Source: an uncultured archaeon (GTDB lineage: Archaea; Thermoplasmatota; Poseidoniia; MGIII; CG-Epi1). Taken from it: 48,859 bases of DNA. The notes under the pieces were generated by a model. It worked only from the letters and a program-made list of their open reading frames with translations, was not told the origin of the DNA and made no database searches. The stretch is taken from assembly GCA_964634895.1 (NCBI GenBank), contig CAZWJS010000004.1:1-48859 (forward strand), in the 5' to 3' direction. How positions within the stretch are numbered: position 1 is the stretch's first letter; every line of letters starts with the position of its first letter. Made by a program: the position numbers and the translations under genes. This document shows positions 1-8,147 of the stretch, one piece after another.

Positions 1-115
1 TTAATCCATTACCGTTAGTAAGTCCGTTACCGTTAGTAAGTCCGTTACCGTTTGTAAGTCCGTTACCGTTTGTAAGTCCGTTACCGTTCGTCAGTCCATT
101 GCCATCCGTAAGGCC
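1..115. repeat. 18-bp coding tandem repeat (GTAAGTCCGTTACCGTTW), about 6 units with degenerate outer copies
   Basis: Directly visible. Variation is mostly at third codon positions of the minus-strand GLTNGN frame. Confidence 0.9.
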
Positions 116-136
116 TTTATCTTTGATTTTTTTCAT
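1..136 (-). CDS. 5' part of a protein with N-terminal GLTNGN hexapeptide repeats (runs off the window start)
   Basis: Not in the ORF track. ATG at 136, GGTGA Shine-Dalgarno at ~143-147 on the minus strand. Translates MKKIKDKGLTDGNGLTNGNGLTNGNGLTNGNGLTNGNGL, open to position 1. Confidence 0.8.
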   Translation of the reverse strand, partial: MKKIKDKGLTDGNGLTNGNGLTNGNGLTNGNGLTNGNGLTNGNGL

Positions 137-253
137 AGTGTCTCACCTTGAAAATGTTCTAAACCATGGAAGGAACTGTATATAAAAGACATGCCAAAAG
201 AATAGCTATATACTACGTATATATAGCGCATTGCAGAAATCTTTTTCTATAAT

Positions 254-994
254 TTACTTTTTGTTTTTGGCTTTCTGCGTTTTTTTACTTTTACCTTGTT
301 TAGTCTTTTTCTCAGGCTTTGTTCCTTCGTAATGCTCCAAAAATTCGATGTCAGTGACATTGGTATGTTTTCTAATTGCAGCCACAACTCTATATTTTGC
401 CTGAAACCAATTCACATCGAATTTAGTTCTTTCAGGTAGTTTAATGTGTGCGACACCTTTTTTCACTTCAACTGTAAACTCTTCATCAGCAGGATATTCC
501 ATTGTGAATAAAGATTTTATTATTTCCATAGGTTTCTTTAGTACAGATTTCACAGTATATTTGAACACTAGCTCTTTTCCAGCCAAACTAGGATTAAAGT
601 CGATTCTAACTCTTGAACCATAAATATTTGCCAATGTTGCAGGTCGTCCTTCGATATTCAATTCTTCTCCGACATATCCCTTCGCATCAGGACAGACTCT
701 TCTAAATTTTGAAGCAGACATTGTTTCAATCAATTTTGTATCTCTTGCCCCATAGGCATCTTCTGGTTTAATTTTGATTTCAGTTTTTTTCCCTACTTTA
801 GCTTTTTTTATTTCTTCTTCAAAACCTGGAACTAATCTACCTTCTCCCACTACAACAGTGATCGGTTTATAATTTCGGTTTTCTACAAGCGCATTTTCTT
901 TTTTCGCAATGTTTTCTAAGGTTGTATCAAACAATATTCCTTCTGTACGACCTTCGTAGTCTAATGTTATAACGTCACCATCTTTGAGAGGCAT
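254..994 (-). CDS. slyD: FKBP-type peptidyl-prolyl cis-trans isomerase (long archaeal SlyD-like type)
   Basis: GDVITLDYEG...LFDTT, GEGRLVPGFEE, PEDAYG and IDFNPSLAGKELVF motifs, plus an archaeal C-terminal domain and Lys-rich tail. Confidence 0.9.
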   Translation of the reverse strand: MPLKDGDVITLDYEGRTEGILFDTTLENIAKKENALVENRNYKPITVVVGEGRLVPGFEEEIKKAKVGKKTEIKIKPEDAYGARDTKLIETMSASKFRRVCPDAKGYVGEELNIEGRPATLANIYGSRVRIDFNPSLAGKELVFKYTVKSVLKKPMEIIKSLFTMEYPADEEFTVEVKKGVAHIKLPERTKFDVNWFQAKYRVVAAIRKHTNVTDIEFLEHYEGTKPEKKTKQGKSKKTQKAKNKK

Positions 995-1073
995 GAATTC
1001 TGCGTAAAAGGCAGAGTATTAAGTGCTTATGTCGAAACACATATCTCTTAATCCCCTCTATATTTGACGTAAT

Positions 1074-2117
1074 ATGCGTTCAAGGCCTCCACGTTCAATG
1101 GTTTTACCACGAATGGTAGTTACAGGACCAGGAGTCCTGGAACAAATTCCTGCCATCATTGCAGAATTGGACATTCCTGAAAGAGGTTTGATTGTTTGTG
1201 ATAAAAACACTTTTGAAATTGCAGGAAAACAAGTCATTGAGTATTTGGAGGCAGGTGGACATCCTATGGAAAAAGTTGAAATTTTAGGAGCTAATGTTGA
1301 AGAATTAGAAAAAGTTGAATCGTTCTCTAATAAAATAGATTTTCTTGTAGGTTTAGGAGGTGGAAGGCCAATAGATTTGGCAAAACAAGCAGGTTTCAAC
1401 AATAATATCCCTTTTATATCGATTCCAACAGCAGCATCCCATGATGGTTTTGGTTCTGCTAGAGCCTCTATAAGGCAGGAAGGGCGTAAAACTTCTATGC
1501 AAGCCATACCACCTATTGCAGTTGTGGCAGATACAAATATTATTTCTAAAGCACCCAAGAGATTGTTAGCTGCGGGCGTAGGTGATATAATTAGCAATCA
1601 AACAGCAGTACTCGATTGGAAATTATCAGGCCCTAAGGCCGATTATAGTGAATATGCCGCAGCCCTTTCAGAAATGGCAGCTAAATTAGTGGTGGATGAT
1701 ATAGAAAAGGTAGCTAGTGGTACAGAGGAGGGAGTTAGGTTGGTTGTCAAAGCATTAATTTCGAGTGGTGTTGCCATGTCAATAGCAGGTACTTCAAGAC
1801 CTGCAAGTGGTGGAGAACATAAATTTTCACATTGGTTAGATTCTCATTGTGATAACCCGGCATTACATGGGGAACAGTGTGGTCTTGGATCTATAGTTAC
1901 AATGTATTTGCATGGAGGAAATTGGGAAAAAATAAGGGATACATTGGAGGCCGTTAATGCACCAATAAATTCCAATGGTTTGGGAATGGATGATGATTTA
2001 GTTTTGAAAGCGTTTCTAAATTCCAGAGATATAAGGCCACAACGTACAACCATACTTGATACTTCTTCAAGGGCGAATATTGAAGAAGCTGCGTTAGCTA
2101 CTGGAGTTATTAGCTAA
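1074..2117 (+). CDS. egsA: sn-glycerol-1-phosphate dehydrogenase
   Basis: GLGGGRPIDLAK, PTAASHDG, GVGDIISN, SRPASGGEHKFSH and LHGEQCG are diagnostic G1PDH motifs. Confidence 0.95.
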   Translation: MRSRPPRSMVLPRMVVTGPGVLEQIPAIIAELDIPERGLIVCDKNTFEIAGKQVIEYLEAGGHPMEKVEILGANVEELEKVESFSNKIDFLVGLGGGRPIDLAKQAGFNNNIPFISIPTAASHDGFGSARASIRQEGRKTSMQAIPPIAVVADTNIISKAPKRLLAAGVGDIISNQTAVLDWKLSGPKADYSEYAAALSEMAAKLVVDDIEKVASGTEEGVRLVVKALISSGVAMSIAGTSRPASGGEHKFSHWLDSHCDNPALHGEQCGLGSIVTMYLHGGNWEKIRDTLEAVNAPINSNGLGMDDDLVLKAFLNSRDIRPQRTTILDTSSRANIEEAALATGVIS

Positions 2118-3557
2118 TCTTTCTTCAATTTCAGTTGAAATCCATAATACTAGAATAGTAATTAAAATTACAGGAGTGCTAATGTGGAAACCTTGTGTAA
2201 ACCAATCAGGTATTGAATTTCCAGTTTTAGCAGACCAATAAGACCATCCAACTAGTATTTCTCCAACTATTATTGATACGACACAACTATTTGCTTTAAC
2301 TCGGTCCCAATAAAGTACGGCAACGGTCGTAGGGAAAAGAACTGCCAAGCCTGTAAATGCTTGAGAGACTATATCAAAAATAGTATCAGGAGGGTTATAG
2401 GCCAGTAACAAACCAATTATTGCAAGTAGAACAATTAAAATCCGACCTATTTGTTTTTCATTTTCTTTTTTGATTTCAGTAATTATCGGCAATCCGTCTT
2501 TAGTTATTATTGAAGACATCGCAAGAATCTGTGAATCTGCTGTAGACATAAATGCAGCTATTGCCCCTATACAAACTATAGCTCCTGCCCACAATGGTGC
2601 ATATTCAGTTAATACTAAAGGTAAAATATTATCTGATTCAGTTTTAGATAAATCATTATCAAAATCTACAATGTTTCCGTAGACTCCTATAATGACTGGG
2701 AATAGAAAGAGTATGGGTACGACTGTGGGATATAGCCATGCAGCCGTTCTGATTGCTTTATCATCTTCAGCAATATAGAATCTTGAGAAAAGTTGCGGGA
2801 ACATAGGTACTGTTATTGGCCATAATATAGTGAAAGAGAATATGATTTCCCACGTGAAATTTCCTTCTCTTACAAATTTCTCAGGTTTATTTTCCCATAA
2901 TGATTCTCCAGCCAAATTAAAACCGCCGATTTCTTCATGGAAAAAGAATCCAAGAACAAAGATTATCAATATTGAAAACATCAATATTCCTTGAAATACA
3001 TCAGTCATTGCAGATGATTTCATTCCCCCTAATACAAGATAGATGATCATTACTGATGTCAACATTAATGCTCCAATAAAGTAAGGAATTTTTCCTTCCG
3101 AAAGCGTTTCTAATAAGATACCTGCTCCCATTGGTTGGGTAGCTAAATAGGGTAATGTGAAAACAACCAAAACAGAGCCATACAACCATCCTAAAAATTT
3201 AGAATTTGTTTCGCCTGCAATTAGTTCAGGTGGCGTCACGTACCCTTTTTCTTTCCCTAACTTATAGATTGGTATACCTAGTAATAATACGGAAAGTCCA
3301 ACTAGTGAAGTTCCCATAGCCATTAATCCATAGAATCCCCATCCACCACGATAACTTGCGCCTGCAAATCCTAAGAAAAAGAATGCTGAGAAATTGGTTG
3401 CCGCTAAAGTGCAGAATAGTACCCACGGGTTTATTTTTCTAGATGCTACAAAATAATCTTCTGCATTCTCTTCTTCATTACGCCCATAAATCCCAATTCC
3501 TATAGATATTGCAAGATAGATAGCTAAGATGAGTCCGATAGTTAGTAAATCACTCAT
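2094..3557 (-). CDS. Sodium:solute symporter (SSS, PanF/PutP-like)
   Basis: About 13 TM segments. EDYFVASR, ATNFSAFFFLGFAG, GGMKSSAMTDVFQG and AAFMSTADSQ motifs. Confidence 0.9.
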   Translation of the reverse strand: MSDLLTIGLILAIYLAISIGIGIYGRNEEENAEDYFVASRKINPWVLFCTLAATNFSAFFFLGFAGASYRGGWGFYGLMAMGTSLVGLSVLLLGIPIYKLGKEKGYVTPPELIAGETNSKFLGWLYGSVLVVFTLPYLATQPMGAGILLETLSEGKIPYFIGALMLTSVMIIYLVLGGMKSSAMTDVFQGILMFSILIIFVLGFFFHEEIGGFNLAGESLWENKPEKFVREGNFTWEIIFSFTILWPITVPMFPQLFSRFYIAEDDKAIRTAAWLYPTVVPILFLFPVIIGVYGNIVDFDNDLSKTESDNILPLVLTEYAPLWAGAIVCIGAIAAFMSTADSQILAMSSIITKDGLPIITEIKKENEKQIGRILIVLLAIIGLLLAYNPPDTIFDIVSQAFTGLAVLFPTTVAVLYWDRVKANSCVVSIIVGEILVGWSYWSAKTGNSIPDWFTQGFHISTPVILITILVLWISTEIEERLANNSSS

Positions 3558-3786
3558 TTGTCATCCACTCCTTTGAGAATTTCCAAACAAAATAGGCTAA
3601 AATCAATTGAATCACTACTAGATAAATAATCCAAATAGGAATCCAATTACCTAATCTATTACTGGAATCCCAATTCCACCAATCAATGCTGATTAGTGTA
3701 AGTAAAATAAATAAAAAAGCCCAATTGCGGTTATTCGGTGACTTCGGGAACCAGAATGGTAAAAGCTCCCAAGTCCTTTCGCTCAA
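3550..3786 (-). CDS. Small 2-TM membrane protein, probable SSS partner (DUF997/DUF3311-like)
   Basis: 78 aa with two hydrophobic helices around DWWNW. Overlaps both neighbours and sits directly upstream of the SSS gene, as such partners usually do. Confidence 0.65.
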   Translation of the reverse strand: MSERTWELLPFWFPKSPNNRNWAFLFILLTLISIDWWNWDSSNRLGNWIPIWIIYLVVIQLILAYFVWKFSKEWMTNE

Positions 3787-4601
3787 GATATGAGTCTATC
3801 AATAAGTTCGGCTTTAGTGCCCGAAACAGGTAAATCTTTTGCTTTAAGTAATTCTTTTAACTCAGCTACTTTCATTGAGCTGTAATCAATATCTTCTTTT
3901 TCATCATCAGAGTTTTCAGATTTTTCTTCTGATTGATTGCCATCAATGGTCTTCTCCTCTTCAGATTCCGAAAGAATTCTTTCCAATTCGTCATCATCAG
4001 GAGGAACTTCCATTAGACTGGTTGGGTTCATAACATTGATTTTTGATATTTCGACCCTCTTAGTAGGATATTTAGTCCTTAGAACGGAAGCTACTTCTTT
4101 GCTCAGTTCTCCTGAATAAATCTTTTTAAGGCATTCTGAAAGGCTTAATTTAGTTAAAGTACCACTAATAGAATCGTATGTAGCTGCTCTAAGAAGCCTT
4201 TCTTGAGATTTTTTTATACGTTTGTCAACTAAGAGTATTGGTTTAATCCTAATTTTAATATCATCTTTAAGATTAATAGTAAAGTTACAATCTATACGGC
4301 TATTTCGTCTTCTAGTTAATGCTCTTTTGTAATCAGAAGTTAGTCGATGTCCATCAAATGAGGTGAAAGCGTTGTTTCCTCGGGTTTCGTTTACTCTGAA
4401 TTTAATCATAAAGTTTTTTTGGCTGAAATCACCAGTTAATTGTTCTAAAGGCACTTCTGTAACTCGCCCGTTTACTAATTCAGGTTCATTGGCAGGTGTA
4501 TGTGCCATAATTGCGTAATTAAACATGGAAGGAGCATGTAAACGGTACCACATTTTACCCTTCCATTTGTCTTTTACTTTAGTTCTTGTGACTTTTGCCA
4601 A
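3783..4601 (-). CDS. rps3ae: 30S ribosomal protein S3Ae (eS1) with acidic linker and C-terminal SAP domain
   Basis: KVKDKWKGKMWY..APSMF, GRVTEV.L..LTGD, LTSDY.R.L.RR..SRID and YPTKRVEI.K motifs. C-terminal DYSSMKVAELKELLKAKDLPVSGTKAELIDRL fits the SAP consensus. TTG start. Confidence 0.92.
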   Translation of the reverse strand: MAKVTRTKVKDKWKGKMWYRLHAPSMFNYAIMAHTPANEPELVNGRVTEVPLEQLTGDFSQKNFMIKFRVNETRGNNAFTSFDGHRLTSDYKRALTRRRNSRIDCNFTINLKDDIKIRIKPILLVDKRIKKSQERLLRAATYDSISGTLTKLSLSECLKKIYSGELSKEVASVLRTKYPTKRVEISKINVMNPTSLMEVPPDDDELERILSESEEEKTIDGNQSEEKSENSDDEKEDIDYSSMKVAELKELLKAKDLPVSGTKAELIDRLIS

Positions 4602-4612
4602 TCGGTTTTTCC

Positions 4613-4631
4613 CCTGAAGTTTAACTTCAGG
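4613..4631. promoter_or_regulatory. Perfect dyad CCTGAAGTT-T-AACTTCAGG upstream of rps3ae
   Basis: 9-bp inverted repeat 12-30 nt upstream of the rps3ae start, within the divergent rps3ae/USP intergenic region. Confidence 0.5.
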
Positions 4632-4683
4632 CTGCGCTCACTGGGCAGGGTTAAATATACATTGCGTTGATTACATTATATAC

Positions 4684-5484
4684 ATGTTTGACAAGTTACT
4701 GCTGCCCATAGACCCATCAAAGCGTCTTAAACCAGCTAGAGATTATGCTATTGCACTTTCTCAGAAATTGGATGTTTCTTTAAAGGCAGTTTTTGTCAGT
4801 AATCCTTCTAAAACAGGTACTGTTACAGCATCCAAACATACTCAAGAGGGAATTGTAGCTCTGGGCAAACGACAGCTTGAGCAGTTTGTTAATGAAATTA
4901 AAGATGTAAAAATTACTCCAATATTGAAAACGGGCATCCGTTATAAAGTTCTTTCAAGAATGATTCGAAATAATGATGCCGACACTTTAATACTTGGGCC
5001 TTTTCGTTCATTGATAAGCAGATTCTTCACAGGTTCGGAAGTTGAAAGAATCTTAGATTCAGAGCCTTCACATGCATTTGTTGTAAGAAAAGCCCATCCT
5101 TTACCAGGTCCAGGATCTCCTGCTTTGGTTGTTTTTGACGGAAATGAACTGTCAGATGATGCACTTGAGAAAATTGAAGGTTTTGCACGCAAGTTTAATT
5201 GTGACTTAGAACTATTGTATTTGGGTTCCAAAATTATCAGAGATGTTGAGAATATAGATGCTGCAGTTTCTCATTTGAGAAATAATTTAGGTGGCGATTA
5301 TCATGTAACTTCTACAATAGAACCTTTAGGTTTCTTCAGAACACGAAAAGGAGTAACAAATTCAGTGGTTTCATCAGAAGGTGCTCGCATTGTCATTCTT
5401 CCAAATATTAAGCATGCAGTTAGCGACGTGCTCCTACATCAGCTAGTTTTGAGTGCTTCAGTTCCAGTTTGTGTGTTAAAATGA
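4684..5484 (+). CDS. Universal stress protein (tandem USP domains)
   Basis: MFDKLLLPID.S start, ADTLILG...FFTGSEVERIL motif, and a second degenerate domain ending ASVPVCVLK. Confidence 0.8.
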   Translation: MFDKLLLPIDPSKRLKPARDYAIALSQKLDVSLKAVFVSNPSKTGTVTASKHTQEGIVALGKRQLEQFVNEIKDVKITPILKTGIRYKVLSRMIRNNDADTLILGPFRSLISRFFTGSEVERILDSEPSHAFVVRKAHPLPGPGSPALVVFDGNELSDDALEKIEGFARKFNCDLELLYLGSKIIRDVENIDAAVSHLRNNLGGDYHVTSTIEPLGFFRTRKGVTNSVVSSEGARIVILPNIKHAVSDVLLHQLVLSASVPVCVLK

Positions 5485-7049
5485 GTAAAGATAAAGAATT
5501 TCAGGATATGCTTGACAATTTAGACATTGTAGTTGAGTCTATGGAAGAAGGGCATACTATAATCACACCTCGTGTGGATCAAATAAACCGCCGTCGTACA
5601 TTACTTGAGCTCCAAACCAGTTTACTTGATTCTGAAGCTAGGAAACATGCCCTTTATCAGTTGTATTTTAATTCTACATTTAGGAAGTTTTCAGCCGGTC
5701 TTCTAATAGTATCATTCATTTACCTTTTGCTTTATCTTTTTGCCGATGGCCTTAGTCATTCAGGCCGAAATGTATTTGCCCTTTTCCTGTTTATAATTTA
5801 TCTTTGGGTCTCTGAAACATTCCCTTTACCAGTCACAGCTCTGATGGCTGGAGTTGCATTGGTTCTTCTTGGTGAAGATAGAGATGCTGCATTTTCGTCA
5901 TATGCTGCAGATTCCGTTTTCATGATTCTTGGTTCATTAATTATAGCTCAAGGGATAACAAAATCAGGGGCTGAAAATCTCATTATAAAAAAATTACTTG
6001 GGCCTTTTACAGGTTCTAATTACTCATTAATTCTTGGAATAATAATAATATGTAGTTTCATGGCTGCAATCATTCCTGACCACAGCGTTGCAGCAATCAT
6101 GTTGCCTCTAGTTCTAACAGTGGCTGATAAAACAGATATCAAGGAGAAACCTAATGAAATGGTTGCTCTTGTCTTAGCTGTTGCTTTTTCTTGTTCAATT
6201 GCCGGTTTAGCTACACCTTCTGGTGGCGCTCGGAATGTTATAGCAATGGGTTTCTTGGAAGAATTGTATGATATAAAAATTAGTTACGTACAATGGGTAG
6301 TTCTGGCAGCTCCGATTACTATTTCTTTAATCCCTTTAGTTTTTATTACTTTAATTTTTGTCAATGGCGTTAGCTATCGTAGAATTGATTATTATCATGA
6401 AAATAAGCAGTCAATTGATGAAAGACAGTTGTTAGCATTATCTATACTTACATTAACTTTTATTCTATTTTTGACTTCGGGTTTTAATGGATTAACATTG
6501 GGAACCTGTGCTATGATTGGAGGCATTTTGATGCATGCTTTTGGAGTTTTAGAATGGGAAGATAGTCGTCAAAGACTTAGATGGGGAGTAATGTTCATTT
6601 ATGGGGCTGCATTAACTATGGGTAAAGCTATGGTAAAGCATGGTGCAGCTGACTGGTTGGCAGGAGGCTTGTACAAATTAGCCGAATACGGATATGAATA
6701 TGGCGGCGATTTATCAATTATTGTTTTGATTATTATAGTTACAGTTATGTTAACTAACATAATGAGCGATGGTGCGGCAGCTGCAATTTTAGTTCCCATT
6801 ACTCTTGCAGTAGGAGCAGCAGCAGAATTTAATTTAGCTTTTATTGCCCTCATCACTGCATTAAGCACGGCATTTGCATTTATGACATCCTTTGGAACAC
6901 CTCCTAATTTAATTGTACAGGCTTCAGGTATTCCCACATCAAATGATTTTGTTAGAAATGGTGTTCCTTTAGTTATAATATCTGTAATTATGTTAATTCT
7001 TGCTCAAAATTATTACTGGGATGTTGCCGGTTCTTGGGTTGGCATCTAG
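5481..7049 (+). CDS. SLC13/DASS family sodium-coupled anion (di/tricarboxylate or sulfate) symporter
   Basis: WVSETFPLPVTAL, SIAGLATPSGGARN and FMTSFGTPPNLIV motifs. Start placed at ATG 5481 (ATGA overlap with the USP stop) rather than 5469. Confidence 0.88.
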   Translation: MSKDKEFQDMLDNLDIVVESMEEGHTIITPRVDQINRRRTLLELQTSLLDSEARKHALYQLYFNSTFRKFSAGLLIVSFIYLLLYLFADGLSHSGRNVFALFLFIIYLWVSETFPLPVTALMAGVALVLLGEDRDAAFSSYAADSVFMILGSLIIAQGITKSGAENLIIKKLLGPFTGSNYSLILGIIIICSFMAAIIPDHSVAAIMLPLVLTVADKTDIKEKPNEMVALVLAVAFSCSIAGLATPSGGARNVIAMGFLEELYDIKISYVQWVVLAAPITISLIPLVFITLIFVNGVSYRRIDYYHENKQSIDERQLLALSILTLTFILFLTSGFNGLTLGTCAMIGGILMHAFGVLEWEDSRQRLRWGVMFIYGAALTMGKAMVKHGAADWLAGGLYKLAEYGYEYGGDLSIIVLIIIVTVMLTNIMSDGAAAAILVPITLAVGAAAEFNLAFIALITALSTAFAFMTSFGTPPNLIVQASGIPTSNDFVRNGVPLVIISVIMLILAQNYYWDVAGSWVGI

Positions 7050-7672
7050 GTTTTAGCATTTTTTTTCATTCTTTCTTCAGATCTAATTAATCCGCCGATA
7101 AATGCAAAGGTTACTACAGAAATAAAGACGGAGGAGTTACTATCTGGCATTTTTGAAATAGGCCCTAGGGCACTATCATCAATGTTGTTGTCCATAAATT
7201 CATTAAAAATATTTGCAACATCATTGGGCCCTGACCCCGGTGGCAAAGCTCCAGTTGAAGCTAAGAAATATAGCGAGGCGATTAGAATGAAAGGCAACAT
7301 GGCTGCCGTCATTGCTCTTGCAGGATTGCCGGCTTTTTTACCTCCAAAAAATCCTCCTATGGCTGCAGTTACAGATCCAGGTATAGTTAAGACACCCAAA
7401 ACAATCATAATGACAAAAATATAGACAAATCCTGCAAAGATTCCCTCATTTAATAAGTTCATGATACTAAAATCTTCTCTTAAAACAGGTTCTATAGTAA
7501 TTTTAGGTTCCTCTTCTTCTTGTATTGTATTTTCTTCCATCACAAATTCTTCATCTTCTTTTAAAGTGATATTTTCTTTATCCACATTCAGTTCTTTTTC
7601 CTCTACATATTTTTCATTTGTTCTGTTAACTCTCTGGCGAACTAATTCCCACAATTCATTTTCTTCATCCAC
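7046..7672 (-). CDS. Hypothetical membrane protein (acidic N-terminus, 3-4 TM)
   Basis: 208-aa ORF filling the gap between neighbours, with hydrophobic Gly-rich segments (AAIGGFFGGKKAG). Confidence 0.7.
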   Translation of the reverse strand: MDEENELWELVRQRVNRTNEKYVEEKELNVDKENITLKEDEEFVMEENTIQEEEEPKITIEPVLREDFSIMNLLNEGIFAGFVYIFVIMIVLGVLTIPGSVTAAIGGFFGGKKAGNPARAMTAAMLPFILIASLYFLASTGALPPGSGPNDVANIFNEFMDNNIDDSALGPISKMPDSNSSVFISVVTFAFIGGLIRSEERMKKNAKT

Positions 7673-7769
7673 TTAACATGATTTAGTTGCTATCTATAAA
7701 TTATTGGTGATACCTGCAACAGATTAATATAATACCCATGCCAGACCCGATGAAGACAGAGGTTTAGAT

Positions 7770-8147
7770 TTGGAAGTTCTAACGACAGAGACATTGGCAG
7801 CAGCGATTAATTACAGTCCAGAATATTCACATATGGGTGATGATGAATCTAATTATTTAGCAGAGCATATACTCAATTTCTTTGGTTACAGCGATCGAAT
7901 CATTGACAATGTTCTTCATCCAGAGGATAGAGACACATTCTATATGTTGGAAGACGCTGGTTTGATGGAAACTGAGAGAGAAGAAACAACACTTTACGAT
8001 GGCCGTGAATGGAGAATACATTATTGGTTATTGAAAATCGCGGAAATTCAGAAGCGTAGAGATGTTGGGCCCAAGTACGCTCCAGAAGATTTAGAACCAT
8101 CAGTCTATGACGAAATTCCTGAAGATATTTGGTCACGTGAGAATTGA
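7770..8147 (+). CDS. DUF6015-like conserved Thermoplasmata protein, probable winged helix
   Basis: ILNFFGYSDRIIDNVL.PEDRD.FYMLED.GL..TEREE..LYDGREWRIHYW pattern recalled from the family. Stop overlaps the XPD start. Confidence 0.7.
   Translation: MEVLTTETLAAAINYSPEYSHMGDDESNYLAEHILNFFGYSDRIIDNVLHPEDRDTFYMLEDAGLMETEREETTLYDGREWRIHYWLLKIAEIQKRRDVGPKYAPEDLEPSVYDEIPEDIWSREN

Noticed and set aside
1-115. Tandem repeat as a CRISPR array or replication-origin iterons
   Set aside because: The units are contiguous 18-mers with no spacers, and variation follows codon positions of an ORF with an SD. No cas or cdc6 gene is nearby.
1058-1597. 179-aa minus-strand ORF and the other short antisense or nested ORFs in the track (e.g. 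9145-9573, 17603-18073, 24010-24441, 40973-41317, 46747-47109)
   Set aside because: They are shadows of well-supported genes on the opposite strand, with no recognisable motifs.
7738-7767. 9-codon upstream ORF (MPDPMKTEV) ending 2 nt before the DUF6015-like TTG start
   Set aside because: Too short to distinguish from chance without conservation or ribosome-profiling data.
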